Origin: Eledone cirrhosa
Lineage: Eukaryota
Reading direction: 5' to 3'
NCBI GenBank assembly: GCA_964016885.1
Contig: OZ024746.1
Span: 91,450,001-91,514,000 of the forward strand
DNA: 64,000 nucleotides
Part shown: in pieces, positions 52,140 through 64,000 of the stretch
How the letters are laid out: each line of letters starts with the position of its first letter
How positions within the stretch are numbered: the first letter of the stretch is position 1
Made by a program: the position numbers and the translations under genes
The notes under the pieces: generated by a model
Databases searched by the model: none
Seen by the model: the letters and a program-made list of their open reading frames with translations, nothing else
What the model was told of the DNA's origin: nothing

Positions 52140-53225
52140 ACCAATCATCATCATCACCATAGTCATCACCACCACCACCACCACTACGCCAACCATCACT
52201 ATCACCACCACCACCACCACCACCACCACTACGCCAACCATCACTATCGCCACCACCACCACCACCTCTACCACTACTACTACCACTACTACCACCTCTA
52301 CCACTCCTACTACCCACCACTCCTACTACCCACCACCACCACCACCACTCCTACTACCCACCACCACCACCACCACTACTACTACACACTACCACCACCA
52401 CCACCACCGCCATATATTTTTTTATATTAAATTCATAGGGAAATGGTATTGATAATTTGTTTGTTGTTTGTCCAGTGATATCAGCAATATATATAGTGGT
52501 GGTGGTGGTGGTGGTAGTGGGTAGTAGTAGTGGTGGTGGTGGTGGTGGTAGTAGTGGTACTATTGTTGGGTAGTAGTAGTGGTAGTGGTGGTGGTAGTAG
52601 TGGTGGTGGTGGTAGTAGTGGTGGTAGGGATAGTGGTAGTAGTAGTGGTAGTAGTAGTGGTAGTGGTGGTGGGTAGTGGTAGTGGTAGTAGTGGTGGTAG
52701 TGGTGGTAGTAGTAGTAGTGGTGGCGGGGGTGGTGGTAGTAGTGGTGGCTGTGGTGGGTGGTGGTGGTGGTGGTAGTGGTGGTGGGTAGTAGTAGTGGTG
52801 GTAGTGGTAGCAATGGCAGTAGTAGTGGTAGTAGTAGTGGTGGCAGTAGTAGTGGTGGTGGGTAGTGGTAGCAATGGCAGTAGTAGTGGTGGTGGTGGTG
52901 GTGGTGGTAGTGGCAGTAGTAGTAGTGGTGGTAGTGGCAGTAGTAGTGGTGGTGGCTAGTAGTGGTAGCAATGGCAGTAGTAGTGGTGGTGGTGGTGGTG
53001 GTGGTAGTAGTGGTGGTGGTGGTGGTGGTAGTGGTGGTAGTGGCAGTAGTAGTAGTGGTGGTGGTAGTAGTGGTGGTGGTGGTGGTAGTGGCAGTAGTAG
53101 TAGTGGTGGTAGTGGCAGTAGTAGTAGTGGTAGTAATAGTGGTGGTGGCAATGGCAGTAGTAGTGGTGGTGGTGGTGGTGGTGGTGGTAGTAGTAGTGGT
53201 GGTGGTAGTGGTGGTGGTAGTGGTG

Positions 53226-53260
<35 letters not shown>

Positions 53261-53261
53261 G
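52140..53261. repeat. (ACC/ACT)n tract followed by a complementary (GGT/AGT)n tract
   Basis: Seen directly. Confidence 0.95.
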
Positions 53262-53327
53262 GATTGTGAGAAACAGTCACCTAAGTAAATAGTATGCAGT
53301 GAATACATAACTAGTGGGTACTACTAG

Positions 53328-54162
53328 ATACACATACACAAATGTACACAGACACACACACACACGGACGCACTCAGATATACAGACAGACACAGATTCA
53401 GGTGCACACACTGACGCACACACACACATACACACACACACAAACACAGACACACACACACAGACACACACAGACACAGACTCACATGCACACACTGACG
53501 CACACACACACATACAGAGACACACAAACACGAACACAGGCACAGACACACACAGACAAACACACACAGACACACACACACACACACACACACATACACA
53601 GACACACACACAAACACGAACACAAACACAGACACACACAAACACAGACACAAACACACACACACACACAAACAGTCATACAGACATACACAAACACAGA
53701 CAGACATATATATAATATATATATGTAGAGGGATAACTACCAGAATTCCAAAGACTTGTGGTGCCCCCTGTTGGTATCAGTCAATTCATTGGGGAGGGAG
53801 TGGGGGGGATGAAGCAATATATTAAAAAATATATAAATATATATATGAATGTATGTGTATGTATGTATTTATATATATATGTATGTGTGTGTGTGTATGT
53901 ATGTATTCATGTGTGTATGTATGTTTATATATGTGTATGTGTATATGTGTGTGTATGTATGCATGGGTGTAAGTATGTGTATATATATGAGTGCGTGTGT
54001 ATGTATGTGTGTGTATGTATGCATGTGTATATGTATGTATATATATATATGAGTGTATGTGTGTGTGTATGTATGTATGTGTATGTATATATGAGTATGT
54101 GTGTGTGTATGTGTGTGTGTGTGTGTATGTATGTATATGTGTGTATATATGTATGTATGTAT
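53328..54162. repeat. (CA)n then (GT/TA)n microsatellites
   Basis: Seen directly. Confidence 0.93.
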
Positions 54163-54683
54163 ACCAAGGTTTCTTGGTGAGGAGGGTGACTTTGGACATC
54201 CTGCAGGACTAAAAACAAAACCTGTCAAAGGGCAAAGGAGCTCTTAAGAGTCAATGGTCATCCAAAATCACCGGGAGAGATGACCCCTTAGCCTTTGTCA
54301 AGGCAGAATTCTAGGAGAAGAAAAACTCTGATATAACACCTGCAACCCTGATGGTATCCAATGATGTTGACTTGTTCTTCTTTTTGGTAAATATCATCTT
54401 GGTGAAGAGAGAGGGACTGGCTTTGTGCAGTGCCTTTGCTCACTATAAAAGCTTCACGGCACAGGCATTGCTTTATATCTGGAGATCTCTCTGCACTTGT
54501 CGTTACATGGTACCATGGGCCCAGCACTATGTGTCAAGAATTCTCACAAGTATAGTGTTTGTACCAGAGTTTTCAAGTCGCTGGCTGGACTAAAAAGTCA
54601 CACTCGTTCAGCGCATCGGTAGGGGTTCTCCTACATGGATATAAAGTAGTGGCCATACTCGAAAACGAGTTGGCAGCCACCAT
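54163..54683 (+). mobile_element. Probable bipartite non-autonomous RTE derivative (5'UTR-like part + C2H2 end + tail)
   Basis: GGAGAAGAAAAACTCTGATATAACACC resembles an RTE 5'UTR motif; ends VCTRVFKSLAGLKSHTRSAH and GGCCATACTCGAAAACGAGTTGGCAGCCACCAT; related 5' piece at ~55021-55262. Confidence 0.6.
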
Positions 54684-54807
54684 GTATATATATATGTGTG
54701 TGTATGTATGCATGTGTGTATGTATGTATATATATATATATATATGTGTGTGTATATATATGTGTGTATGTATGTATGTATGCATGTGTGTATGTATGTA
54801 TATATAT

Positions 54808-54955
54808 ACCGTCGGTCAGTCAATGGCAACATTGAGGACCGAGTAAGTTAGATCGCAGATATAAAAGACAGCGAGAAGCGAAAACCAACCAAACAGTGAG
54901 TGTGTTCTGTTATTAATTCTGGCAATATTACGCAAATATGACCCTCCCCAAGTAT

Positions 54956-54958
<3 letters not shown>
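54808..54958. mobile_element. Possible LTR fragment within (TA)n
   Basis: Complex sequence ending ...TATAACA against a TA run; other end not identified. Confidence 0.3.
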
Positions 54959-55013
<55 letters not shown>

Positions 55014-55285
55014 ATGTATGTCAGGTCACTCTTCAGTGCTACTGGTAACATGTATCTCAGTACAACCTGTGCATGGTCAGGTCATTTGTGACTAAACCAG
55101 CAAAACCACCAAGCTTGCTTGGTGAGGAGGGTGATTTCAGATGAAAAACAATTAAGACATCTTCATTAAGACATCTCTCTAGAAGAAGGTCACTCTGATA
55201 TAAAACCTGCGACTTCATTTGCATCCAATGATGTAGACCAGTTTTACTTTTTGGACAAATGTATTTGATGTTCCGAGACAGGGAT

Positions 55286-55625
55286 TTGCCAGCCCGTGTG
55301 GCAAATAGTCAGTCGTTGGAACATCAGAGAGAATGCCTTATGGTATTTGTTCTGGCTATCTGCTCTCTCAGTTCAAATCCCGCCGAGGTTAACTTTGCTT
55401 TTATCCTTTGAAGGTCGATAAAATAAAGTACCTGTAATGACCTGGAGTTGATTCTTCCTCTATATCTCTTTCTCATTTTCTCTTTCTCAATTTCTATCTT
55501 TCTCTGGAAGAAATCTGCTGTACTCAGGCCTGGAGAGGGAAGGGCTCCGCCAGGCTTAAAAATGCCCAGAAATGCTGTATGTCAATACGGAGCTGCTACG
55601 ACTCTCAGGAGTTACGAGGCCATTA
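55286..55625 (+). mobile_element. Nin-like SINE with alternative CTGGAAGAAATCTGCTG tail
   Basis: Head, B box and Nin-like motif, CT-rich linker, tail homologous to ~805-926. Confidence 0.7.
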
Positions 55626-55689
55626 AAAGAAGTGGCTAACAGAACCACATTGTTAAACTGGCTACAAATTAAAAAATAAGGCAGTAATG

Positions 55690-55865
55690 GTTGAATATAC
55701 TCTGAGACATGTTGGAACAGCCATTCCACCTCTCTGTTCTGGCCAACAGAATAGAGAGTACATTACCTTGGTGGATGGTAAGGGAGAGGTGCTGGAACAG
55801 CCATTGCTGGGCTCTGTGTTCAATCTCACTGACCTCTTGACAAAGTGATTTCTTCTGATTCAACC
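55690..55865 (-). mobile_element. CRE-like non-LTR retrotransposon C-terminal remnant
   Basis: QWLFQHLSLTIHQGNVLSIL resembles the recalled FLFQRLS.AIQRGNA..I terminal motif of CRE-type RLE elements. Confidence 0.5.
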
Positions 55866-55886
55866 CAGTGAAATGTAATAGTTATC

Positions 55887-56570
55887 AGTAGATCCTTCTC
55901 AATATCTACAGCTAAGAACATTACATGGGCTTCTGAGTAGATCCTTATCAATATCTACAGCTAAGAACATTACATGGGGTTCTGAGTAGATCCTTATCAA
56001 TATCTACAGCTAAGAACATTACATGGGGTTCTGAGTAGATCCTTATCAATATCTACAGCTAAGAACATTTCATAGGGTTCTGAATAGATCCTTCTCAATA
56101 TCTACAGCTAAGAACATTACATGGGGTTCTGAGTTGATCCTTATCAATATCTACAGCTAAGAACATTACATGGGGTTCTGAGTAGATCCTTATCAATATC
56201 TACAGCTAAGAACATTACATGGGGTTCTGAGTAGATCCTTATCAATATCTACAGCTAAGAACATTTCATAGGGTTCTGAATAGATCCTTCTCAATATCTA
56301 CAGCTAAGAACATTACATGGGGTTCTGAGTAGATCCTTATCAATATCTACAGCTAAGAACATTTCATGGGCTTCTGAGTTGATCCTTATCAATATCTACA
56401 GCTAAGAACATTACATGGGGTTCTGAGTAGATCCTTATCAATATCTACAGCTAAGAACATTTCATGGGCTTCTGAGTTGATCCTTATCAATATCTACAGC
56501 TAAGAACATTACATGGGGTTCTGAGTAGATCCTTATCAATATCTACAGCTAAGAACATTTCATGGAGTTC
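55887..56570. repeat. 49-bp minisatellite AGTAGATCCTTATCAATATCTACAGCTAAGAACATTACATGGGGTTCTG, ~14 copies
   Basis: Seen directly. Confidence 0.96.
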
Positions 56571-56634
56571 AGGGGTTTAATATGATGAAATATTAAAATA
56601 AATTAGAAACAATTTGACATCTTCAGCATTCTCC

Positions 56635-56859
56635 TTATCATCATCATCATCATCACCACCACCATCGTCACCATTACCATCATCATCATCACCATCATTA
56701 TCACCATCATTCTCACCCTCCTTCTCACTCTCATCATCATACCACCATCATCATCATCATCACCATCACCCCCTCTCATCATCACCATCGTCCTCATTAT
56801 CACCATCCTTTTCACCCTCCTCCTCACCCTCCTCACCCCCATCACTCTCCTCATCACCC

Positions 56860-56890
<31 letters not shown>
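56635..56890. repeat. (CAT/CAC/CCT)n tract
   Basis: Seen directly. Confidence 0.9.
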
Positions 56891-57751
56891 CAACTGCTAT
56901 ATTCTCGAGTTTACAATTTTCTAGACCAGAGTGGGATCAATTCTGAGTTTCAATTAATTTCACTCTATCAGTAGTTCCTTCCTTGAGTCTTGCTTTGATT
57001 AGGCTCACAATACCAAATAACAAATTGTACACTTGAGTCACTCAGTGCCTCCTTATGAGTCACTCAGTGCCTCCTTATGTATCACTCAGTAGTTTATTAG
57101 TCACTCTGTAGCTTATGAGTCACTCAGTAGCTTATGAGTCACTCACTAGCTTATGAGTAGTAATAGGTGGAAATAGTGTTGAATGCATTAGAAAATATAG
57201 TCCTTGATATTAAAAAACAACTGGATAGTCATGGCTGGAATGTTTTAATGATAGGTTTGCTTGAAAGTTCTGCAAATGTACATAAGTAAAACATGAATGA
57301 GTTTACAAACATCTCGATGTCTGTGTTTTAATGTTTATAGCATCTTGAGACTTGTTGAGACATAATTCAATATTTCTGGCTACTCCATAGACCAATTTTC
57401 AGTGTTGTTATGTCATTAGACACACAAAAAGACCTGACCATCTTCATCTTTGATGACTTTGCCAGCATCAACAACTACTTTTCCTAATCTTAACACTTAT
57501 AACATCAATCCACTTGAAGCTGCGTCTAATTATATGACACAAAACTGTCTGTTGAAAGTGTTTAGATTTAGATTAAAATCATCCAACATAATTTTATCTA
57601 AGAACTCTTTGTTATATTCCAAATATCAGAATATTAAGGAAATGGTTGTTTCACTAGACTCCTTCAAATTTTAGATCATTTTCAAAATGAACTGAAACAT
57701 GTTGGCAGCATATTTCATTAGAAATATGGTAACAAAAGGGTTACTGTACAT

Positions 57752-58431
57752 CAGGCATGGGTACCCTTTTATGGGCAGTGGACTGCATGGGATGTGGCTG
57801 ATCATAAGTTGGGCCACATAGGATGTGGCTCATCATAAGGTGGGTCACATAGGATGTGGCTCATTATAAGGTGGGCCACATAGGATGTGGATCATCATAA
57901 GGTGGGCCACATACGATGTGGCTCATTATAAGGTGGGCCACATAGGATGTGGCTCATTATAAGGTGGACTACATAGGATGTGGCTGAATATAAGGTGGGC
58001 CACATAGGATGTGGCTCAACATACAGTGGGCCACATAGGGTGTGGCTCATTATAAGGTGGACCACATAGGATGTGGCTCATTATAAGGTGGGCCACATAG
58101 GATGTGGCTCATTATAAGGTGGACCACATAGGATGTGGCTCATTATAAGGTGGACCACATAGGATGTGGCTCATCATAAGGTGGGCCACATAGGATGTGG
58201 CTCATTATAAGGTGGACCACATAGGATGTGGCTCATCATAAGGTGGGCCACATAGGATGTGGCTCATCATAAGGTGGGCCACATAGGATGTGGCTCATCA
58301 TAAGGTGGGCCACATAGGATGTGGCTCATTATAAGGTGAGCCACACTACTAAAATTTCAAGGCAATTTTGAAATTAGACATGACATTCAGAAAGGCAAAG
58401 GGGCTCGTGGGCCGCATTTTGCCTATGGCTG
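57752..58431. mobile_element. Non-autonomous hAT-like DNA transposon with an internal 31-bp tandem array (~18 copies, ~57782-58345)
   Basis: Imperfect TIRs CAGGCATGGGTA / TTGCCTATGGCTG; 8-bp flanks CTGTACAT / GTGTATAT (6/8 match). Confidence 0.65.
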
Positions 58432-58796
58432 GTGTATATACTCGAATATAAGCCAAGAGACCAAAAAGTTGATAGTAGAAGGGAGGGGGGGGGGGTCAGC
58501 TTATATTTGGGATCAATCTTTGGACAATTTTCACCAACTTCAAATTTTACATAAATAAGGTTTGAATTTTTACCCATTTTTCAGACATAGTGGGGTTGGT
58601 TTATATTCAGCTGAGTAACTGGAGCAATGTGAAATAAAGTGTCTTGCTCAAGGAAACAACACATCACCCGGTGCTCAAGGAAACGACACATCACCCAGTA
58701 TATATATATATATATATATATATAACCCACAAGTATATATATATACATATATAACCCACAAGTATATATATATATAACCCACAAATATATATATAT

Positions 58797-59465
58797 AGGT
58801 ATAAGAGGGATCAGATGCTGTTTACTCGAGAGAAGACTACGTTGGTATGGTCACATGATGCGCATGAAAGACGACAGCTGTACAAAAAAAGTGCAGGGCG
58901 ATAAAAATTGACGGAAGTTACGGAGGAGGCAGACCCAGAAAAACCTGGGACGATTTGATAAATTCTGACCTTACACACTTACACCTCTCTAAGACAATGT
59001 CACTGGACTGAGATCTTTGGCGCTACACAGTAATACAGAAAACCCGCCTTCTTGCCTATGTACAAAGCGAAACCTACAGTCAGTTACAGTCAGTAGGCAC
59101 CTCTTAGTCAAATATACACCCCCCTCCCACTACCCCCAACTCCCCCACCCCCACCCCATCAACACCACCCCTTTTGCTGTAAAGTTATGTTGGTACCACA
59201 ACATCCAGTCCTAAATAAATGAGGTCGTGTAGGTGTCACGACAAAAAAGCACACAGTCCACGATGTAATGTGGCCGTGTAGGTAACACGGTAAAAACCTC
59301 CCAGTCCACACTGTAAACGTGGTTGGTGTTAGGAAGGACATCCAGCCATAGAAAATCTGCCAGACAGTCCTATACGAGCAAGACAACAAATCTTGCCTCA
59401 AGTGGGACAATTCCCGTCTAAACCCATGCTAGCGTGGAAGATAGACGTTAAACAATGATGATGAT
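58797..59465 (+). mobile_element. RTE LINE 3' end (~670 bp) with (GAT)n tail
   Basis: [38 protein letters not shown] (frameshifted); Meta-like motif in the UTR. Confidence 0.88.
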
Positions 59466-59467
59466 AT

Positions 59468-59803
59468 GGAGGCACATGGCTTAGTGGTTAGAGCATTGGG
59501 CTTGCAATCGAAAGATTGTGAGTTCAATTCTCAGACTGGGTGATGTGTTGTTTCCTTGAGTAAGACACTTTATTTTTCACATTGCTCCAGTTTACTCAGC
59601 TGTAGAAATGAGATGATAGGACTGGGGTCCCTATCATTCCACTGCAAAGTGGTCGTGGAAGTGCCACAGCAAAAAAGCACCCAGCACTCACTGTAAATGA
59701 GGTTGGTGTTAGGAAGAGCATCCAGCTGTAGAAATCAAGCCAGAATCAGTTCCCGTCCCACCCTTGCAAGCAGGGAAAAGCGGACGTAAAATGATGATGA
59801 TGA
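59468..59803 (+). mobile_element. Full-length tRNA + CORE-like + RTE-tail SINE
   Basis: TGGCTTAGTGG A box, GAGTTCAATTCT B box, TTCCTTGAGTAAGACACTT CORE-like body, RTE-type tail. Confidence 0.88.
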
Positions 59804-60714
59804 TATATATCAGCCACTGGTACACATATGCCTGTTTTGGTTTCTTGCTGTCATACATCCACATGTAATCCCCTTTTCTTCTACAAGTGTTGTTTTCCAC
59901 CAGTTGACTGCCCCACCCTCACCTTATGGCATCACCATCTTTGTTGTTCTTCCTCCCCCACACACACTACCGCCTCCCCCACACACTACCGGCACCAAAG
60001 CATTTATCTTCCTCCTTCACCTACAGTATTCTATGTACTTGCCTTGGTATGTGTGTGTGTTTATACATATGTGTGTGCATGTATCCATATATATATATAT
60101 ATATGCATGTGTGTGTATGTATGCTTATATAAATGTGTGTGTATATATGTGTGTGTATGTGTGCATGCTTATACAAGTGTGTGGTAGGTATATAGAAATT
60201 CTTCAAACATTCTATCACCTCCTCTCCCCTCCATCCACACTGTTCTCATTGTTGTTAATGTCTGAGATTTACCATCATCATCATCATCTACACTGCCAAG
60301 TTGTCTCCTTATCACTTGATTCTTTACACACTTTAACTAGATTCTTATTCATTTAACACCCAACATATTCCACTTAGAAGAAGAAAAGTCCTGCTTGAAA
60401 TATTAGGATCTTTATAAAGAACAAAACTTTTCAATTTTGCAAATGTTAAGAACTGTTAGGAAGTCTAGTGTCTTGTCATTTCACTCCTCTCCATTATAAT
60501 GCTTTGAGAGCTGATGAGGATGGAGATGTGTGTACATCACTGTCTTGTATATCACCTCTTCTTTATTTCCTCTTCTCATCACTTCTGTGCGTTAACACAC
60601 TTCTACTTGTCCGCCCCCACGTTTCTATATATCATCTACCTGTCACCCACCTTGTGGCTTGTCTCTCTGTTGACTACTGGCCACTGGTTTCTGTCCTCTG
60701 AGACATTTTTGCCC

Positions 60715-60965
60715 ATCCCTGTCTTTGACAGCATTTAGCTGTTTTAATGGTCAGTCTTAGTGATTTGAGGTCAGCTCTCACAACCTCCACCCAGGTCTTT
60801 CTTGGTCATCCGCTACTGTGGCTTCCTTCCACTGGCATTTCCTGACCCATCAGTCATTGTCCATGTACATCACATGTCCAAACCAACACAGTCTTCTCTC
60901 CTGCACACCATCTCAGTTTCCTCTTAAACCCAGCTTCTCCCTTAGCTTGTCCAAGCTCTGCCTTT
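60715..60965 (-). mobile_element. Decayed RTE LINE fragment
   Basis: VQERRLCWFGHVMYM..PRKTWVEVVRADLKSLRLT with in-frame stops. Confidence 0.75.
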
Positions 60966-61019
60966 CTCTCACATTTATATTGCACAGCCAACAAATATAA
61001 GTATATATATATATATACA

Positions 61020-61703
61020 TATATCAAAAGCTTGTATTGAGTTAGAAACTCAAAATAGTCTCATTACAGTAAAATTAGCTCTAGGAAAAAGGTTTTTCCG
61101 AACCGTATAGTGTAACTGAACAAAAAAGAAAAACGAACACAGACATAGATGTATGCGTTCAACTCGTAATGGACCAGAAACACTAAGGTGAAAATATACT
61201 AACTACAGACAATAGGGCTTGCTAGACTCAATTTAAGAATAAATCAAGAAAAATAAATACAAACCAGTATTGTGGTAACTACCCATCGCCCGGACAGTTT
61301 TTGATGGAACCGTTTCGCAATATTATTTATGAAGAGGTATATCAAATTCTTAGCTCATCAGTGGGTGAAGAATGAGAATCCTGATCACTTCTAAATAAAA
61401 TAAAGAACTGGATAGTGTGTGTATATGTAATGCACATAGTTTCCGAACTTAGCGCGTCGCGCAGACTCACGTCTCTAAAGTAGCAGCCGGGTCTACACGA
61501 CATTTGAATTAGCTCTACGAATTAACGGAGGCGAATATATCAAAAGCATGTATTCAGTTAGAAACTCAAAATAGTCTCATAACAGTAAAATTAGCCCTAG
61601 GAAAAAGGTTTTTCCGAGCCGTATAGTTTCTGGTCCATTATAATTTGAACGCACACATGTATATGTCTGTGTTCATTTTTCTTTTTTGTTCAGTTATACT
61701 ATA
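61020..61703 (-). mobile_element. Penelope-like pseudo-LTR remnant (direct + inverted repeats) containing a hammerhead motif at 61285-61368
   Basis: 61020-61110 repeated at ~61535-61626; 61627-61703 is an inverted copy of ~61106-61180; CTGATGA..GAAA..GTC on the minus strand. Confidence 0.7.
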
Positions 61704-61795
61704 TATAAATATATATATATATACATTTATATATATATATATGTATATATATATATGTATATATGTATATATATATATATGTATATATATATATG

Positions 61796-61842
<47 letters not shown>

Positions 61843-61857
61843 GTATATATATATATG

Positions 61858-61888
<31 letters not shown>

Positions 61889-61929
61889 GTATATATATAT
61901 GTATATATATATATGTATATATATATATG

Positions 61930-61976
<47 letters not shown>

Positions 61977-62069
61977 GTATATGTATATATGTATATGTAT
62001 ATATGTATATATATATATATATATGTATATGTATATATATGTATATGTATATATATATGTGTATATATA

Positions 62070-62703
62070 TCATCATCATCATCGTTTAATGTCCATCTTC
62101 CACGTATGGGTCTAGACGGGATTTTTCCCACTTGAGGCAAGATTGGTTGTCCTGCTCATATAGGACTGTCTGGCGGGTTTTCTATGGCTGGATGCCCTTC
62201 CTAACACCAAACACGTTTACAGTGTGGACTGGGAGGTTTTTACTGTGTTACCTACACGGCCACATTACAGCGTGGACTGTGTTTTTTTGTCGTGACACCT
62301 ATACGACCTCATTTGTTTCGAACTGGATGTTGTGGTACCAACATAACTTCACATTTAAGGGGGTGGTGTGGATGGGGTGGGGGTAGTGGGACGGGGTGTA
62401 TTTTTGTTAGAGGTGCCTACTGACTGTAGGTTTCACTTTGTACATAGGCAAGGCGGGTCTTCTGTATAACTGTGTAGCGCCAAAGATCTCGGTCCAGTGA
62501 CATTGTCTTGGAGAGGTGTAAGTGTGTGAGGTCGGAATTTATCAAGTCGTCCCAGGTTTTTCTGGGTCTGCCTACTCCGTGGCTACCGTCTATTTTTATC
62601 GCCCTGCACTTTTTTATACAGCTGTCGTCTTTCATGCTCATCACGTGACCATACCAATGTAGTCTTCTCTCGAGTAAACAACATCTGATCCCTCTTATTC
62701 CTA
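62070..62703 (-). mobile_element. RTE LINE 3' end, inverted sister of 58797-59465
   Basis: [47 protein letters not shown]. Confidence 0.9.
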
Positions 62704-63840
<1,137 letters not shown>

Positions 63841-63910
63841 AAATGAAAATAGAGAAATTAATGTAAGCAAGAAGCCAACAGTAATTCAGACATATAAGTG
63901 ACTATTAGTC

Positions 63911-63944
63911 TTACAGTTTTGGACACTAGTCCTTCATCAGAAAA
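63911..63944 (-). ncRNA. Degenerate hammerhead motif (GAAA mutated to AAAA)
   Basis: CTGATGA-AGGAC-TAGT-GTCC-AAAA-CTGTAA; sister of 9970-10006. Confidence 0.4.
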
Positions 63945-64000
63945 TAGAATGAGAAATTAAAGAAGAAATAGAAAGATTGAGGGTGAATATATATATATTT

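Noticed and set aside
52354-53308. Poly-Pro/Thr/His/Gly ORFs (also 12890-13687, 41674-42042)
   Set aside because: Trinucleotide repeats open in several frames on both strands
59468-59545. tRNA-like sequences (also 11310-11375 and other SINE heads)
   Set aside because: No complete cloverleaf seen; they continue into SINE bodies
60512-60545. CTGATGA hammerhead candidate
   Set aside because: No GAAA or NUH in register

Overview
AT-rich, repeat-saturated animal genomic DNA, intronic or intergenic. The repeat inventory (tRNA-headed SINEs with Nin/Deu-like and CORE-like bodies, RTE tails, huge (TA)n tracts) suggests a coleoid cephalopod, probably Octopus; this is an inference from recalled motifs, not a database match. 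No host gene is recognisable, only a few weak minus-strand exon candidates. Most long ORFs in the track are microsatellite translations. Protein-coding remnants are retroelement-derived: a 5'-truncated R4/Dong-type RLE LINE in a (TAA)n tract, several RTE 3' ends (one family with three C-terminal C2H2 fingers) and a CRE-like C-terminus. Also present: >25 Nin-like SINE copies, CORE-like SINEs, ~11 copies of a TTAA-flanked piggyBac-type MITE, a hAT-like element and a dozen minisatellites. Most notable: (i) six type-I hammerhead-ribozyme-like motifs, several in Penelope-like pseudo-LTR contexts, two with a compensatory U3:A8 core; (ii) a 2-kb inverted duplication whose outer junction splits an RTE element; (iii) a 2.6-kb satellite built from a MITE terminus; (iv) a satellite starting from a perfect palindrome; (v) SINE/LINE tail sharing and reciprocal nesting. 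Degenerate repeat boundaries and copy numbers were estimated by eye and are approximate.
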